DNA of 64,000 bases. Source: an uncultured Anaerotruncus sp. (GTDB lineage Bacteria; Bacillota; Clostridia; Oscillospirales; CAG-272). The first letter of the stretch is position 1; the number at the start of each line of letters is the position of its first letter. The notes beneath the pieces were generated by a model. The model was given only the letters and a program-made list of their open reading frames with translations. It had not been told where the DNA came from and searched no databases. The stretch covers positions 6,179 to 70,178 of the forward strand of contig CAJLZE010000002.1 of assembly GCA_905210995.1 (NCBI GenBank). Reading direction: 5' to 3'. A program made the translations under genes and the position numbers. Positions 29,967 through 39,261 of the stretch are shown one piece after another.

Positions 29967-30083
29967 TTATCGGATGTGTCATTACGGGCACATCCCAATT
30001 CATATATTATAGCATAAATATGTTTTGCATCGGTGAACTGTTTTCGACGGTGCAAAAAACAAAATAAGGAACGGGGCGGATCC

Positions 30084-30347
30084 ATGTACATAAACGAAGG
30101 CAGAGAGCGCTGCGTAACGCTTGCAAATTATATGCTCGAAAACAGCACCACCGTAAGACAGACAGCGGCACATTTCGGAATAAGCAAGAGCACCGTGCAC
30201 AAGGATGTCACGGTAACGCTCGAAAAGGTGAACCGCCCGCTGCACGACCGCATATGCGACCTGCTTGAAATAAACAAACGCGAACGTCATATACGCGGCG
30301 GCGAAGCCACAAAAAAGAAATACGCCGCACTACGGTATAAGGCTTAA
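30084..30347 (+). CDS. spoIIID: Sporulation transcriptional regulator SpoIIID
   Basis: VRQTAAHFGISKSTVHKDVT...RHIRGGEATKKKY matches the B. subtilis SpoIIID HTH (FGVSKSTVHKD) and the C-terminal basic RGGEATK motif. Confidence 0.85.
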   Translation: MYINEGRERCVTLANYMLENSTTVRQTAAHFGISKSTVHKDVTVTLEKVNRPLHDRICDLLEINKRERHIRGGEATKKKYAALRYKA

Positions 30348-30370
30348 AAGCTTCGGTATGCCGCCGGATT

Positions 30371-31105
30371 TCACCTGCTGTAGACAGGCGGACGGCAGAA
30401 TTTCAGCGCTCCCAGCATCAGAAGATTGAAATCCGCCTCGCCGAGCGAACGCCGAAGCAGCCTGAAATGATCGCCGGTATCCGCCTCATAACGTCCCGCG
30501 CGACGGGCACCGGTACCGAAAAGCACATGCTTTCCGGATGATATGAGGCTCATAACAAACTTTACTGTGTCCTTGTAATCAAGTGAGCGGACATTGAACT
30601 GAAAAGCCGCGCCGGGAACATTCAGCAGCTTGCGTATGATATCTTCCGGGTAAAAAAGCAGATATCTGTTGAATTCGGCGAATATCGGAATGATGCCGAT
30701 ACGGTAAACAAGTTTGTTTATATCCTTGAATATCTCGTCGTTGTAGATCGGAAACGGCAGGGAACAGATCATGCACCGCGGAATGCCGAACGCAAGACGC
30801 GTTATCTCCGGATCGTTGAAGCAGCCGGGATACATCACGACTTCGGCAGCGAGAGTCGCCGCTATGCCGCGCGGCACCGATGACTTCACCGAACGGAAAA
30901 CACGGTTGCGCATGCGCACAAAATACCCGACCGAATCGAAGCCCGATTCAAGCCTCGGGCAGTACCTCGGCGCAAATATCACACGCCGTATCTCAGCCGA
31001 AGTAAGACCGCCGAGCAAAGCTGCCGCTTCATCGGCATCCGAGGGTCCCTCGGTCGGCATCGGCAGTGACTTGTTAAAAAAATCAGTATAAATGCCGTGC
31101 GTCAT
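30371..31105 (-). CDS. Hypothetical protein (weak amidohydrolase-2/TIM-barrel-like C-terminus)
   Basis: The ORF runs from MTHGIYTDFF. Only a loose resemblance to such families (KHVLFGTG...LLMLGALKF). Function unknown. Confidence 0.5.
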   Translation of the reverse strand: MTHGIYTDFFNKSLPMPTEGPSDADEAAALLGGLTSAEIRRVIFAPRYCPRLESGFDSVGYFVRMRNRVFRSVKSSVPRGIAATLAAEVVMYPGCFNDPEITRLAFGIPRCMICSLPFPIYNDEIFKDINKLVYRIGIIPIFAEFNRYLLFYPEDIIRKLLNVPGAAFQFNVRSLDYKDTVKFVMSLISSGKHVLFGTGARRAGRYEADTGDHFRLLRRSLGEADFNLLMLGALKFCRPPVYSR

Positions 31106-31541
31106 AAGCGATCCTTTCCGTGTCGGCTGCGCGTTACGGCAAAAATATTCGCGTAAGTCCGAAAAAGCTGCGGTATACCGCAAAATAAATTTTCATACGG
31201 GCTGTCGAAGTATTTAAGGCATTTCCGGGATCGATCATTCCGACACATCTATATCCCATGCTTTCCGAGTGTGATTTTTTAATGCGTGAAAAGGCATAGC
31301 TTACCGTGCGGACTCCACCCAAAAACCGAGGGGGGAACAAAGCCCGGAAGCAGGAGAACGTTTGCGATATGCCTAAACACAATTAAAGTCAACTTCGCAA
31401 AATCAAAGTTTTGCGAAATTCAGGTAAGCGAAAACCGCAATATGTGACTGTATATCGGTCAAATCACATCCGGTATGCCAATACATCGGCGTTCCCGGTA
31501 CGGTCTGCCGATCGGATCACCGCACACGCCTTTTGCGGATC

Positions 31542-32228
31542 TCATTTGCGGTTTTCTTCAAGGCTGCTGAAATAGGATTCCGCGGTTATCGCAAAAACTC
31601 CGTCGGCATCCTTTCTGATCGTCAGATACTTTCTGCGCACCGCGTCGCTGCCCATATCGTCACGCAGCGTTCCGTTGTTGTTTTTTATCATGTAATCAAT
31701 GCCTATGTTGTAATACGTCACGGCGGAGCTTTCCGAATCGTCGTACCAGTTATCGACCGCAACGATATTTGCAGCATATATCTTCTGCTGCGTGAATCTT
31801 TCCCTGGGCGTCCTGCCGTCCTTAAAGAACGATGCGGCATACATTGAGTTGAATTTCTGCGCGTCGCCGTTTATCATGGCGTCTATGTAGTCAAACATAA
31901 ACAATACCGTTTCGCGGTAGGCTTCGGATACGTCGTCAAGATGCTCGCGATCGACCGTTACCGTCAGGTTACCGTTCGTGTAGGTCACGCCGCGGTCATA
32001 GCCCATATAGACTGCATCCTCAAATATGTTTTCGTCATAATTCGCATAGTCGAATGTGTATTTGTTCGGTTCCGGGTCCGCTCTTCCGTTTTTTACCTTA
32101 TTCGCAATAAGGATAATGCCGTAAAACAGCAACGTAAGACCGCAAATGACACCGACAACGCTCAGTATGACCTTTTTGGATGACGGTCTCTTCCCTTTTA
32201 TAATTTCTTTATTTACATTATTATCCAT
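31542..32228 (-). CDS. Hypothetical membrane-anchored protein
   Basis: GGAG RBS 7 nt upstream of the ATG. The N-terminal TM helix VILSVVGVICGLTLLFYGIILI is followed by a roughly 180-aa Asp/Tyr-rich ectodomain. Confidence 0.6.
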   Translation of the reverse strand: MDNNVNKEIIKGKRPSSKKVILSVVGVICGLTLLFYGIILIANKVKNGRADPEPNKYTFDYANYDENIFEDAVYMGYDRGVTYTNGNLTVTVDREHLDDVSEAYRETVLFMFDYIDAMINGDAQKFNSMYAASFFKDGRTPRERFTQQKIYAANIVAVDNWYDDSESSAVTYYNIGIDYMIKNNNGTLRDDMGSDAVRRKYLTIRKDADGVFAITAESYFSSLEENRK

Positions 32229-32346
32229 GCATTCACTCCGATAGGTTTATTCATCTTTAATATGACCTTATTTTATCATATACTTATGTGTATTTCAAGT
32301 CAATTCGCATAATTTCGGTGTCCGCTTAATTAATTTTTATTTTTTA

Positions 32347-32375
32347 TTGCGCCTGTTCTTTTTTTGTGGTATAAT
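32347..32375 (+). promoter_or_regulatory. Sigma-A-type promoter upstream of the apgM-type gene
   Basis: TTGCGC, a 17-nt spacer ending in TGG (TGn-type extended -10), then TATAAT. Confidence 0.55.
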
Positions 32376-32456
32376 AAACTGAATTATATTATAATGCAAG
32401 CAGACAGGCTGTGCACTGCACGGCGTCTGTATGCCACAGAAAGAATGGTCTTGATT

Positions 32457-33683
32457 ATGAAATACCTTGTTTTGATCCCGGACGGAATGGCTGATGAACC
32501 GATAGCAGAGCTTGGCGGCAAAACGCCGATGCAGGCGGCTGACAAACCGACAATGGACAAGCTTGCGGCAATGTCACGCGTCGGCACCGTTCTGAACGTT
32601 CCCGCTGGTATGGTCCCGGAATCGGATACGGCAAATATGGCGATACTCTCGTTTGACCCGAAGGTCTATTCAAAAGGGAGATCACCGCTCGAAGCCGTGA
32701 GTATGGGGATAGATATGAAACCCGGAGATGTTGCCGTAAGGTGCAACACCGTTACGCTGTCCGACGAAATTCCGGAGCAGCCCTATGAGGAGCGAGTGAT
32801 GCTCGATCACAGCGCCGACGAGATCTCCACCGAAGAAGCCGATGCGCTGATAAAAACGCTCAACGAAAATCTTGCGGACGAGTCGCGTCATTTTTATACC
32901 GGTGTGAGCTACCGCCATTGCCTTATATGGAACGGAGCCGACGACAGCTATGATTTTGCACGCCCGCACAACATTATCGGCCAAAAGATCGGCGAATACC
33001 TCCCCGATAAAAAGCTCGCAGGCGGATACCGCAAACTCATGGAGAAAGGCACGAAGCTCCTTGAGCATCACCCGATTAATGAGGCGCGCCGCGCACGCGG
33101 ACTCAAGCCCGCCAACGCCATATGGCTCTGGAGCGCGGGAAAAAAGCCGGCACTTCCCTCTTTCAGAGATAAGTTCGGTCTTGATGCGACCGTGGTCTCG
33201 GCAGTCGATCTCATTAAAGGCATAGGGCTTTGTGCCGGAATGAATGTCGTGAATGTCGAAGGCGCAACGGGTAACATACACACCAACTTTAAGGGAAAAG
33301 CAGATGCCGCGATCGACGCCTTCAAAAACGGCTCAGATCTTGTTTATGTTCACGTCGAAGCTCCCGATGAATGCGGGCACCGGGCTGAGACCGAAAACAA
33401 GGTGCTTTCAATAGAGCTTATCGACAAAAAGATATTGGCTCCGGTCCTTGAATATCTTGAGAGCTGCGGAGATGATTTCGGCGTAATGGTACTCCCCGAT
33501 CATCCCACTCCCGTGCGTCTGCGCACGCACACCTCGGCACCCGTCCCGTACTTCATGTACAGCAGCCAAAAGAAAGCGGACGGCGCATCCTGCTTCACCG
33601 AGGCGACTGCCGAAGCCAAGAATGCTTTCATGCCGGACGGCTCGAAGCTAATGCAGTCGTTTATCGACTATTGCGTAAAATGA
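32457..33683 (+). CDS. apgM: Cofactor-independent phosphoglycerate mutase, archaeal/ApgM type (a family that also includes the proposed alternative homoserine kinase)
   Basis: MKYLVLIPDGMADEPIAELGGKTPMQAADKPTMD, and VHVEAPDECGH in the alkaline-phosphatase-superfamily metal site. Confidence 0.7.
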   Translation: MKYLVLIPDGMADEPIAELGGKTPMQAADKPTMDKLAAMSRVGTVLNVPAGMVPESDTANMAILSFDPKVYSKGRSPLEAVSMGIDMKPGDVAVRCNTVTLSDEIPEQPYEERVMLDHSADEISTEEADALIKTLNENLADESRHFYTGVSYRHCLIWNGADDSYDFARPHNIIGQKIGEYLPDKKLAGGYRKLMEKGTKLLEHHPINEARRARGLKPANAIWLWSAGKKPALPSFRDKFGLDATVVSAVDLIKGIGLCAGMNVVNVEGATGNIHTNFKGKADAAIDAFKNGSDLVYVHVEAPDECGHRAETENKVLSIELIDKKILAPVLEYLESCGDDFGVMVLPDHPTPVRLRTHTSAPVPYFMYSSQKKADGASCFTEATAEAKNAFMPDGSKLMQSFIDYCVK

Positions 33684-33707
33684 TATCCGCGGAAAGGAAT
33701 GTTGCTC

Positions 33708-34358
33708 ATGTCAGGCGAAAACAGTATCGACCTTCAGCAGAATGATAAAAAAGAAAAAAAGGAAGAAAAACAGTCCGTAATAGCCGAAATATTCGATTAC
33801 TACGAGCTCTGCATATTCTCCGTCTGCATTGTTATAGTGATATTCAGCTTCTTTATACGGCTTTGCCGCGTTGACGGTCAGTCAATGGAGGACACGCTCC
33901 ACCACGGCGAAATGCTCGTTGTCTCCGATATTTTTTACACTCCCAAGGAAGGCGATGTAATAGTATTTCACCAGACGGGCGGACAGAATCAGGACATATA
34001 TTCATTCTCGCTCAACGAGCCAATAGTCAAGAGAGTCATCGCGACCTCCGGCGAGTGGATCGACATAAAGCTGACCGGCGATAAACTTACAGTGACCGTC
34101 TATGACAAAAACAAAGAAAATCCGCGCGTGCTTGAGGAGGATTATGCAAAATACAGCGGCTCTCCGTCGTGGAATCCGACCGGATACCATGAATATCCTC
34201 TCCAAATACCTGACGGGTATGTATTTGTCATGGGCGACAACCGCTGGCATTCTACCGACAGCCGCTCGGCGCTTGTGGGACTTGTCGACACAAGACGCAT
34301 ACTCGGTCAGGCGACTTTTCGAGTAGCTCCGTTCAGCAGATTCGGCGCGATAAACTGA
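33708..34358 (+). CDS. lepB: Signal peptidase I
   Basis: The catalytic Ser box is VDGQSMEDTL. The Lys box region and VFVMGDNRWHSTDSR are also present, after an N-terminal TM anchor. Confidence 0.9.
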   Translation: MSGENSIDLQQNDKKEKKEEKQSVIAEIFDYYELCIFSVCIVIVIFSFFIRLCRVDGQSMEDTLHHGEMLVVSDIFYTPKEGDVIVFHQTGGQNQDIYSFSLNEPIVKRVIATSGEWIDIKLTGDKLTVTVYDKNKENPRVLEEDYAKYSGSPSWNPTGYHEYPLQIPDGYVFVMGDNRWHSTDSRSALVGLVDTRRILGQATFRVAPFSRFGAIN

Positions 34359-34379
34359 CACAAACAAACACTCGGCAAT

Positions 34380-35288
34380 ATGGGAATTCAGTCTAAACAG
34401 ATACAGTGGTTTCCCGGTCATATGGCAAAGACGCGCCGCATGATCGGTGAAAACCTTACGACGGTAGACGCCGTGATAGAAATACTCGATGCGCGCATAC
34501 CGGCAAGCTCGCGCAATCCCGATATCGACCGCATCTGCGGAGATAAACCGCGGCTCGTGCTGCTGAACAAGGCCGGGCTCGCCGACAGCGGCATTACCGA
34601 CAGATGGGTCGCACGTTATACCAAAAACGGCATCGTCTGCCTCTCCTGCGACTGTCAAAGCGGCGCGGGAATATCGCGCATTCCGAGTGCAATACGCGAG
34701 CTCTGTTCCGAAAAGCTGGAAAGATACCGCGACAAAGGCATGACGGGCAGAAAGCTGAGGACCATGGTGCTCGGTATTCCGAATGTAGGCAAATCGTCGC
34801 TGATAAACCGTCTGACGGGCGCAAAAAAAGCCAAAGTGGAAAACCGCCCCGGCGTTACGCTCGACAAGCAATGGGTGGCAACGGGCACGGGCATCGATCT
34901 GCTCGATATGCCCGGCGTGCTCTGGCCGAAATTCGACGACCGCCGCGTTGCCGAAAACCTTGCGATAACAGGCGCTATAAAGGATGCGATCCTTGACCCC
35001 GAGGAGCTTGCCTCGGCGCTTTGTTCACGTCTGTACGCACTCTGCCCGGAACTTTTATGCACGAGATACAGGCTCGGTGCGCCGGAGGCGCTGGCGGAAC
35101 TTAAAAATTACGAAATACTCGAGCTTGTGGGACGCCGCCGCGGATATCTTGTTTCCGGCGGCGAGGTCGACCTCGAGCGGACCGCAAAAATGATGCTCGA
35201 CGAATTCAGAAGCGCAAAGATAGGGCGTATTTCCCTTGAAGCACCCAAAACTGACCGCGGAGGTTGCAATGTCGGAACAAAAACGTAA
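34380..35288 (+). CDS. rbgA: Ribosome biogenesis GTPase A (YlqF/RbgA)
   Basis: IQWFPGHMAKTRR, with the circularly permuted G motifs LLNKAGL ... GIPNVGKSSLINRL ... DMPGVLWP. Confidence 0.9.
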   Translation: MGIQSKQIQWFPGHMAKTRRMIGENLTTVDAVIEILDARIPASSRNPDIDRICGDKPRLVLLNKAGLADSGITDRWVARYTKNGIVCLSCDCQSGAGISRIPSAIRELCSEKLERYRDKGMTGRKLRTMVLGIPNVGKSSLINRLTGAKKAKVENRPGVTLDKQWVATGTGIDLLDMPGVLWPKFDDRRVAENLAITGAIKDAILDPEELASALCSRLYALCPELLCTRYRLGAPEALAELKNYEILELVGRRRGYLVSGGEVDLERTAKMMLDEFRSAKIGRISLEAPKTDRGGCNVGTKT

Positions 35289-35901
35289 GGATCTCGATTT
35301 CAGCCTTGAAAAGAAGTTGGCATCCGAGGGCTTTTGCCGCATCTGCGGGATTGACGAAGCGGGGCGCGGACCACTGTGCGGTCCGGTTGTGGCAGCTGCA
35401 TGTGTACTGCCGCCGGATGCGCACATAGAAGGACTCAACGATTCGAAAAAACTTACTCCGCACCGCCGCGATGAGCTTTTTGAAATTATCAAAGAGACCG
35501 CACTTGACTGGGCGGTCGCCGAGGCATCGGTAGAGGAGATAGACGAACTCAATATACTTGAAGCAACGCTGCTCGCCATGCGTCGCGCCGTAGCGTCTCT
35601 TCACAAAAAGCCGGATCGCCTTCTTGTAGACGGGAATGTGTTTCGCGGCTTTGATATTCCGGGAGAAGCCGTTATCGGAGGCGACGGAATATCGCCGTCA
35701 ATAGCCGCAGCGTCGATACTTGCCAAGGTCACCCGTGACCGCATATGCATCGAACTTGACCGAATGTATCCGCAATACGGCATTGCAAAGCACAAGGGTT
35801 ACTGCACCGCCGCACACCGTGAGGCATTGTTCAGATACGGTCCCGCGCCTATATACCGCAAGCAGTTCATACGTTTTTTAAACAAAAAAGATGCCGATTA
35901 A
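35269..35901 (+). CDS. rnhB: Ribonuclease HII
   Basis: GIDEAGRGPLCGPVVAAA, DSKKLT and the conserved KHKGY... C-terminal region. Confidence 0.9.
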   Translation: MSEQKRKDLDFSLEKKLASEGFCRICGIDEAGRGPLCGPVVAAACVLPPDAHIEGLNDSKKLTPHRRDELFEIIKETALDWAVAEASVEEIDELNILEATLLAMRRAVASLHKKPDRLLVDGNVFRGFDIPGEAVIGGDGISPSIAAASILAKVTRDRICIELDRMYPQYGIAKHKGYCTAAHREALFRYGPAPIYRKQFIRFLNKKDAD

Positions 35902-36346
35902 ATTTACGCGCCGCACCGACGGCAATGACAGCTCGCATGCACAGACTCCATCTGCCGGTGTGAAAGCCTCACACGGACGCTTCGGCGAGGATGCCGCAGC
36001 GCAGTATCTTACTGACAACGGATATACAATAAAAGGCAGAAACGTCCGCTTCGGCAGGCATGAGCTTGATATCATAGCCGAGGACGATGAATATATTGTC
36101 TTTGTAGAGGTCAAGACCCGTACCGAAGCCCCCGCCGGGTGTCTCTACACATACGGTCGCCCGGCATCGGCGGTCACTTACGGAAAAAAGCAAAACACAG
36201 TTGCTGCCGCAAGCGAATATCTGCGTGAAAACCGTTCCGAAAAACGTGCGCGGATAGATGTGATCGAGGTTTACCTCGAACGCGGTACCGAAGCGCCCGC
36301 AGTGTCGAAAATAAACCATATCAGAAACGCTTTCGGCGCCAGATGA
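35891..36346 (+). CDS. yraN: YraN-family endonuclease (UPF0102)
   Basis: GEDAAAQYLTDNGYTIKGRNVRFGRHELDIIAEDDEYIVFVEVKTR is the characteristic PD-(D/E)xK block. Confidence 0.8.
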   Translation: MPIKFTRRTDGNDSSHAQTPSAGVKASHGRFGEDAAAQYLTDNGYTIKGRNVRFGRHELDIIAEDDEYIVFVEVKTRTEAPAGCLYTYGRPASAVTYGKKQNTVAAASEYLRENRSEKRARIDVIEVYLERGTEAPAVSKINHIRNAFGAR

Positions 36347-36388
36347 CAGCCAACGGCACATTATTTATTTTAAAGAAAGGTATTTGTC

Positions 36389-37339
36389 ATGAAACTTTTC
36401 GATCTTCATTGCGACACCCCGTACAGGCTTCTTTCGAGAAAGCAGCACCTGCTTGAGAACAACCTTCACATCTCTCTTGAAAAGATCAAAGTTTACGAGA
36501 ATTACGGTCAGGTCGGCGCCGTCTGCGCCGAATACAAAAAGGACGACGCAACGGCATTCAAGCGTTTTGGCGAGATATCGGATAACTTTTTCGCCGAACT
36601 TGATATGAACCGCGACCGTGCTGCGCTTTGCCGCACCGGTGCCGACATAAAAACGGCATGGGAGGAAGGAAAGGCTGCATATCTGCTCGGAGTGGAAGAC
36701 GCAAGAATACTTGAAAGCGATCTTTCGAGGCTTGACTGGCTCTACGACCGCGGCGTGCGTATCCTCACTCTCATGTGGGCTGGTTCTACGATAATCGGCG
36801 GTTCGCACAACACCGAGGACGGTCTTACCGATTTCGGAAAGCGCGTTGTGGCGCGCTGCTGCGAACTCGGCATCATCCCCGACATCTCGCACGCAAGCGC
36901 TGCGTCTGTCGATGATACCGCGGCTATCGTATCGGAATACAACAAGCCCTTCATCGCCTCTCACTCCTGCGCATATGCGCTTTATGACCACACACGTAAC
37001 CTGCGCGATCGCCACATCGAAGCAATAATCGCATCCGGCGGACTTATCGGGCAAAGCCTCTGCCGCTCGCATCTTGCACTGGACGGCGCAGGCATAGAGG
37101 ATGTCGTAAAACATATCGAATATTATCTTTCAAAGGGTGCGGAAAACAACCTTGCCTTCGGCTGCGATCTTGACGGCTCGGATCTGCCGGACGGTATCGA
37201 GGATGTTCGCGACCTTCTCAAACTCATAGATCCTCTGCTCCGTGACGGAGTGTCGGAGGATCAGATAGACCGTATATTCTGGCGCAATGCATACGAATTC
37301 GCAGTCAGAAATATAGGATACGGAACCGTGACAAAATAA
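36389..37339 (+). CDS. Membrane-dipeptidase-family (M19) dipeptidase
   Basis: The N-terminal DLHCDT motif and overall TIM-barrel-like pattern (ISHAS..., ASHSCAYAL). Confidence 0.7.
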   Translation: MKLFDLHCDTPYRLLSRKQHLLENNLHISLEKIKVYENYGQVGAVCAEYKKDDATAFKRFGEISDNFFAELDMNRDRAALCRTGADIKTAWEEGKAAYLLGVEDARILESDLSRLDWLYDRGVRILTLMWAGSTIIGGSHNTEDGLTDFGKRVVARCCELGIIPDISHASAASVDDTAAIVSEYNKPFIASHSCAYALYDHTRNLRDRHIEAIIASGGLIGQSLCRSHLALDGAGIEDVVKHIEYYLSKGAENNLAFGCDLDGSDLPDGIEDVRDLLKLIDPLLRDGVSEDQIDRIFWRNAYEFAVRNIGYGTVTK

Positions 37340-37352
37340 AGGAACCATAATC

Positions 37353-38843
37353 ATGAAGTACATCAGCACACGCGACAAAGGGCATATGCCCGAAAAAATC
37401 AACTCCGCTGAAGCCATAAAGCGCGGGCTCGCCCCCGACGGCGGTCTTTACCTTCCCGAATCCATCCCGACGACGGACACCGATTTCATAAGCTCGCTTT
37501 CCGGGCTCAGTTACAGCGAACAGGCGGTAAAGATCCTCTCGCTTTACCTTGACGACTATACCGAAGCCGAACTTACCGAGGACTGCACCGCGGCATACGG
37601 CGCCGCATTCGGCAACGATCCCACCCCTGTGGTAAGAGCGGAAGACGGTGTATATTGCCTTGAGTTGTGGCACGGTCCCACCTGTGCATTCAAAGACATG
37701 GCACTCCAGCTTATGCCTCGTCTGCTTTCGCGTGCGCTCCGCAAGACCGGCGAAACGCGTACCGCTCTCGTGCTCGTTGCAACCTCGGGCGACACGGGAA
37801 AAGCAGCGCTCGAGGGCTACAAAGACGTACCCGGCGTTGCGATCAAAGTGTTCTACCCCGTTGACGGCGTCAGCCGGATACAGAAACTCCAGATGATGAC
37901 TCAGGAAGGCTCAAATGTTGACGTGTGTGCTATCAAGGGCAATTTTGACGACGCACAGACAGGCGTAAAACGCATTTTTTCCGACGACGGCATGCGCGCC
38001 GAACTTGACCGCCGCGGATACTTCCTGTCAAGCGCCAACTCCATAAACTGGGGCAGGCTCGTCCCTCAGATCGTATACTACTATTCCGGATATGTAAGCC
38101 TTGTTGACGCCGGGGTGATAAAACTCGGCGACAGCATAGATGTTGCGGTCCCTACGGGAAATTTCGGCAATATCTTTGCCGCATATCTCGCACGCCGCAT
38201 GGGGCTGCCTATACGTCGCCTCATCTGTGCCTCAAACTCGAACAATATTCTGACGGATTTTCTCACGGACGGCGTTTATGACCGCAACCGCCCGTTCCAT
38301 ACAACCATGTCGCCGTCGATGGATATTCTCATATCGAGCAATCTAGAACGCCTCATTTATCTCATGACCGACGCCGCAACGACCTCCGAGCTTATGAATG
38401 AGCTGTCGTCGACCGGCAGATATAAGCTGCCGCGTGAGGCGTTTGATAAAATAAAAGAAGTGTTCTCTGGCTTCTGCGCCGATGAGGCGGGCACCGCAGA
38501 AGCAATAAAGGCGCATTTTGTCAACGCACATTACCTTTGCGACACTCATACCGCCGTAGCGCTTTCGTGTGTGGATAAGTACCTTTCGGGTATCGCGGAC
38601 GACATAAAGCGCCCGGTGCTCGCCGCATCGACCGCCAGCCCGTACAAATTTGCCGCAGATGTGCTTTCATCTCTCACCGAAAAGGTCTCTCCAGAGGGGC
38701 CCGCGGCGCTCAACGCACTTTCGGAATACACCGGAACTCCGATCCCCGCACCTCTTTCGGGGCTTGAAATGCGCCCCGTCCGCTTTGATCGCGTGATCGA
38801 AGTCGGTGCTATGCCCGCGGATGTTCTGACGCAGCTTGCCTGA
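37353..38843 (+). CDS. thrC: Threonine synthase (long form)
   Basis: MKYISTRD...GLAPDGGLYLPE, and the PLP lysine context GPTCAFKDMALQ. Confidence 0.9.
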   Translation: MKYISTRDKGHMPEKINSAEAIKRGLAPDGGLYLPESIPTTDTDFISSLSGLSYSEQAVKILSLYLDDYTEAELTEDCTAAYGAAFGNDPTPVVRAEDGVYCLELWHGPTCAFKDMALQLMPRLLSRALRKTGETRTALVLVATSGDTGKAALEGYKDVPGVAIKVFYPVDGVSRIQKLQMMTQEGSNVDVCAIKGNFDDAQTGVKRIFSDDGMRAELDRRGYFLSSANSINWGRLVPQIVYYYSGYVSLVDAGVIKLGDSIDVAVPTGNFGNIFAAYLARRMGLPIRRLICASNSNNILTDFLTDGVYDRNRPFHTTMSPSMDILISSNLERLIYLMTDAATTSELMNELSSTGRYKLPREAFDKIKEVFSGFCADEAGTAEAIKAHFVNAHYLCDTHTAVALSCVDKYLSGIADDIKRPVLAASTASPYKFAADVLSSLTEKVSPEGPAALNALSEYTGTPIPAPLSGLEMRPVRFDRVIEVGAMPADVLTQLA

Positions 38844-38845
38844 TC

Positions 38846-38883
38846 GGAAAAACGAAAGGCTGTCGCGCGTCAGCGCGGCAGCC
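38846..38883 (-). terminator. Terminator hairpin between convergent thrC and the DUF1540 gene (U-tract on the minus strand)
   Basis: GGCTGTCGCGC/GCGCGGCAGCC stem. On the minus strand it is followed by TTTCGTTTTTCC. Confidence 0.65.
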
Positions 38884-38934
38884 CCGCCGGGACTGAGCTC
38901 TATGCAAGCCCGCCCGAAGAAAATGTGCGGAGGA

Positions 38935-39135
38935 TCAGCCGTTTGCTCTCGGCTTGAAAGTCGAGCACTCGGTGGCGTCGCTGTTAACAGCGTTTGAAGG
39001 ACCGACAAGGATTTGATTGGCGGTGCAGTAACGCTCGCCGCTGTTGTGAACGCAGTTTTTAACGTCGCACACGATGCCTTCGATGTGATGGCAACCGCAT
39101 TTTACGCTGTTTTTTTCATTGAATTTTTCTTCCAT
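38935..39135 (-). CDS. DUF1540 domain small Cys-rich protein
   Basis: 66 aa with two repeats of the C..(V/D)xNC......C.A pattern: VCDVKNCVHNSGERYCTANQILV. GAAAGG RBS. Confidence 0.75.
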   Translation of the reverse strand: MEEKFNEKNSVKCGCHHIEGIVCDVKNCVHNSGERYCTANQILVGPSNAVNSDATECSTFKPRANG

Positions 39136-39261
39136 GGTATTACGCCTTTCTGATACTTCGGCCGGTCTGTACCGGTCGTATTTGCCGCCGCAAGCAGCGG
39201 TACGGTCTTATTCTGTCCGGTACACCGGAATTTTATGCGCAGAGTCGCCGGAGTGATAATC

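Noticed and set aside
31296-31377. Partial resemblances of the intergenic structured core to known RNAs. On the plus strand, GGGAACAAAGCCCGGAAG resembles the 3' part of the ykkC/guanidine-I consensus (GGGAUAAAAGCCCGGGAG), and GGAAGCAG resembles SRP RNA helix 8. On the minus strand, GGGTGGAGTCCGCACGG resembles a T-box.
   Set aside because: The ykkC resemblance lacks the upstream CUAGGGUUCCG and GGUCCGAGAG elements, is too short, and is on the strand with no downstream gene. The SRP match has no GNAR tetraloop or complementary strand in register. The T-box-like string is about 130 nt from the only terminator-like hairpin, and no specifier or AGAGA elements are seen. The element is kept only as an unclassified structured element in the findings.
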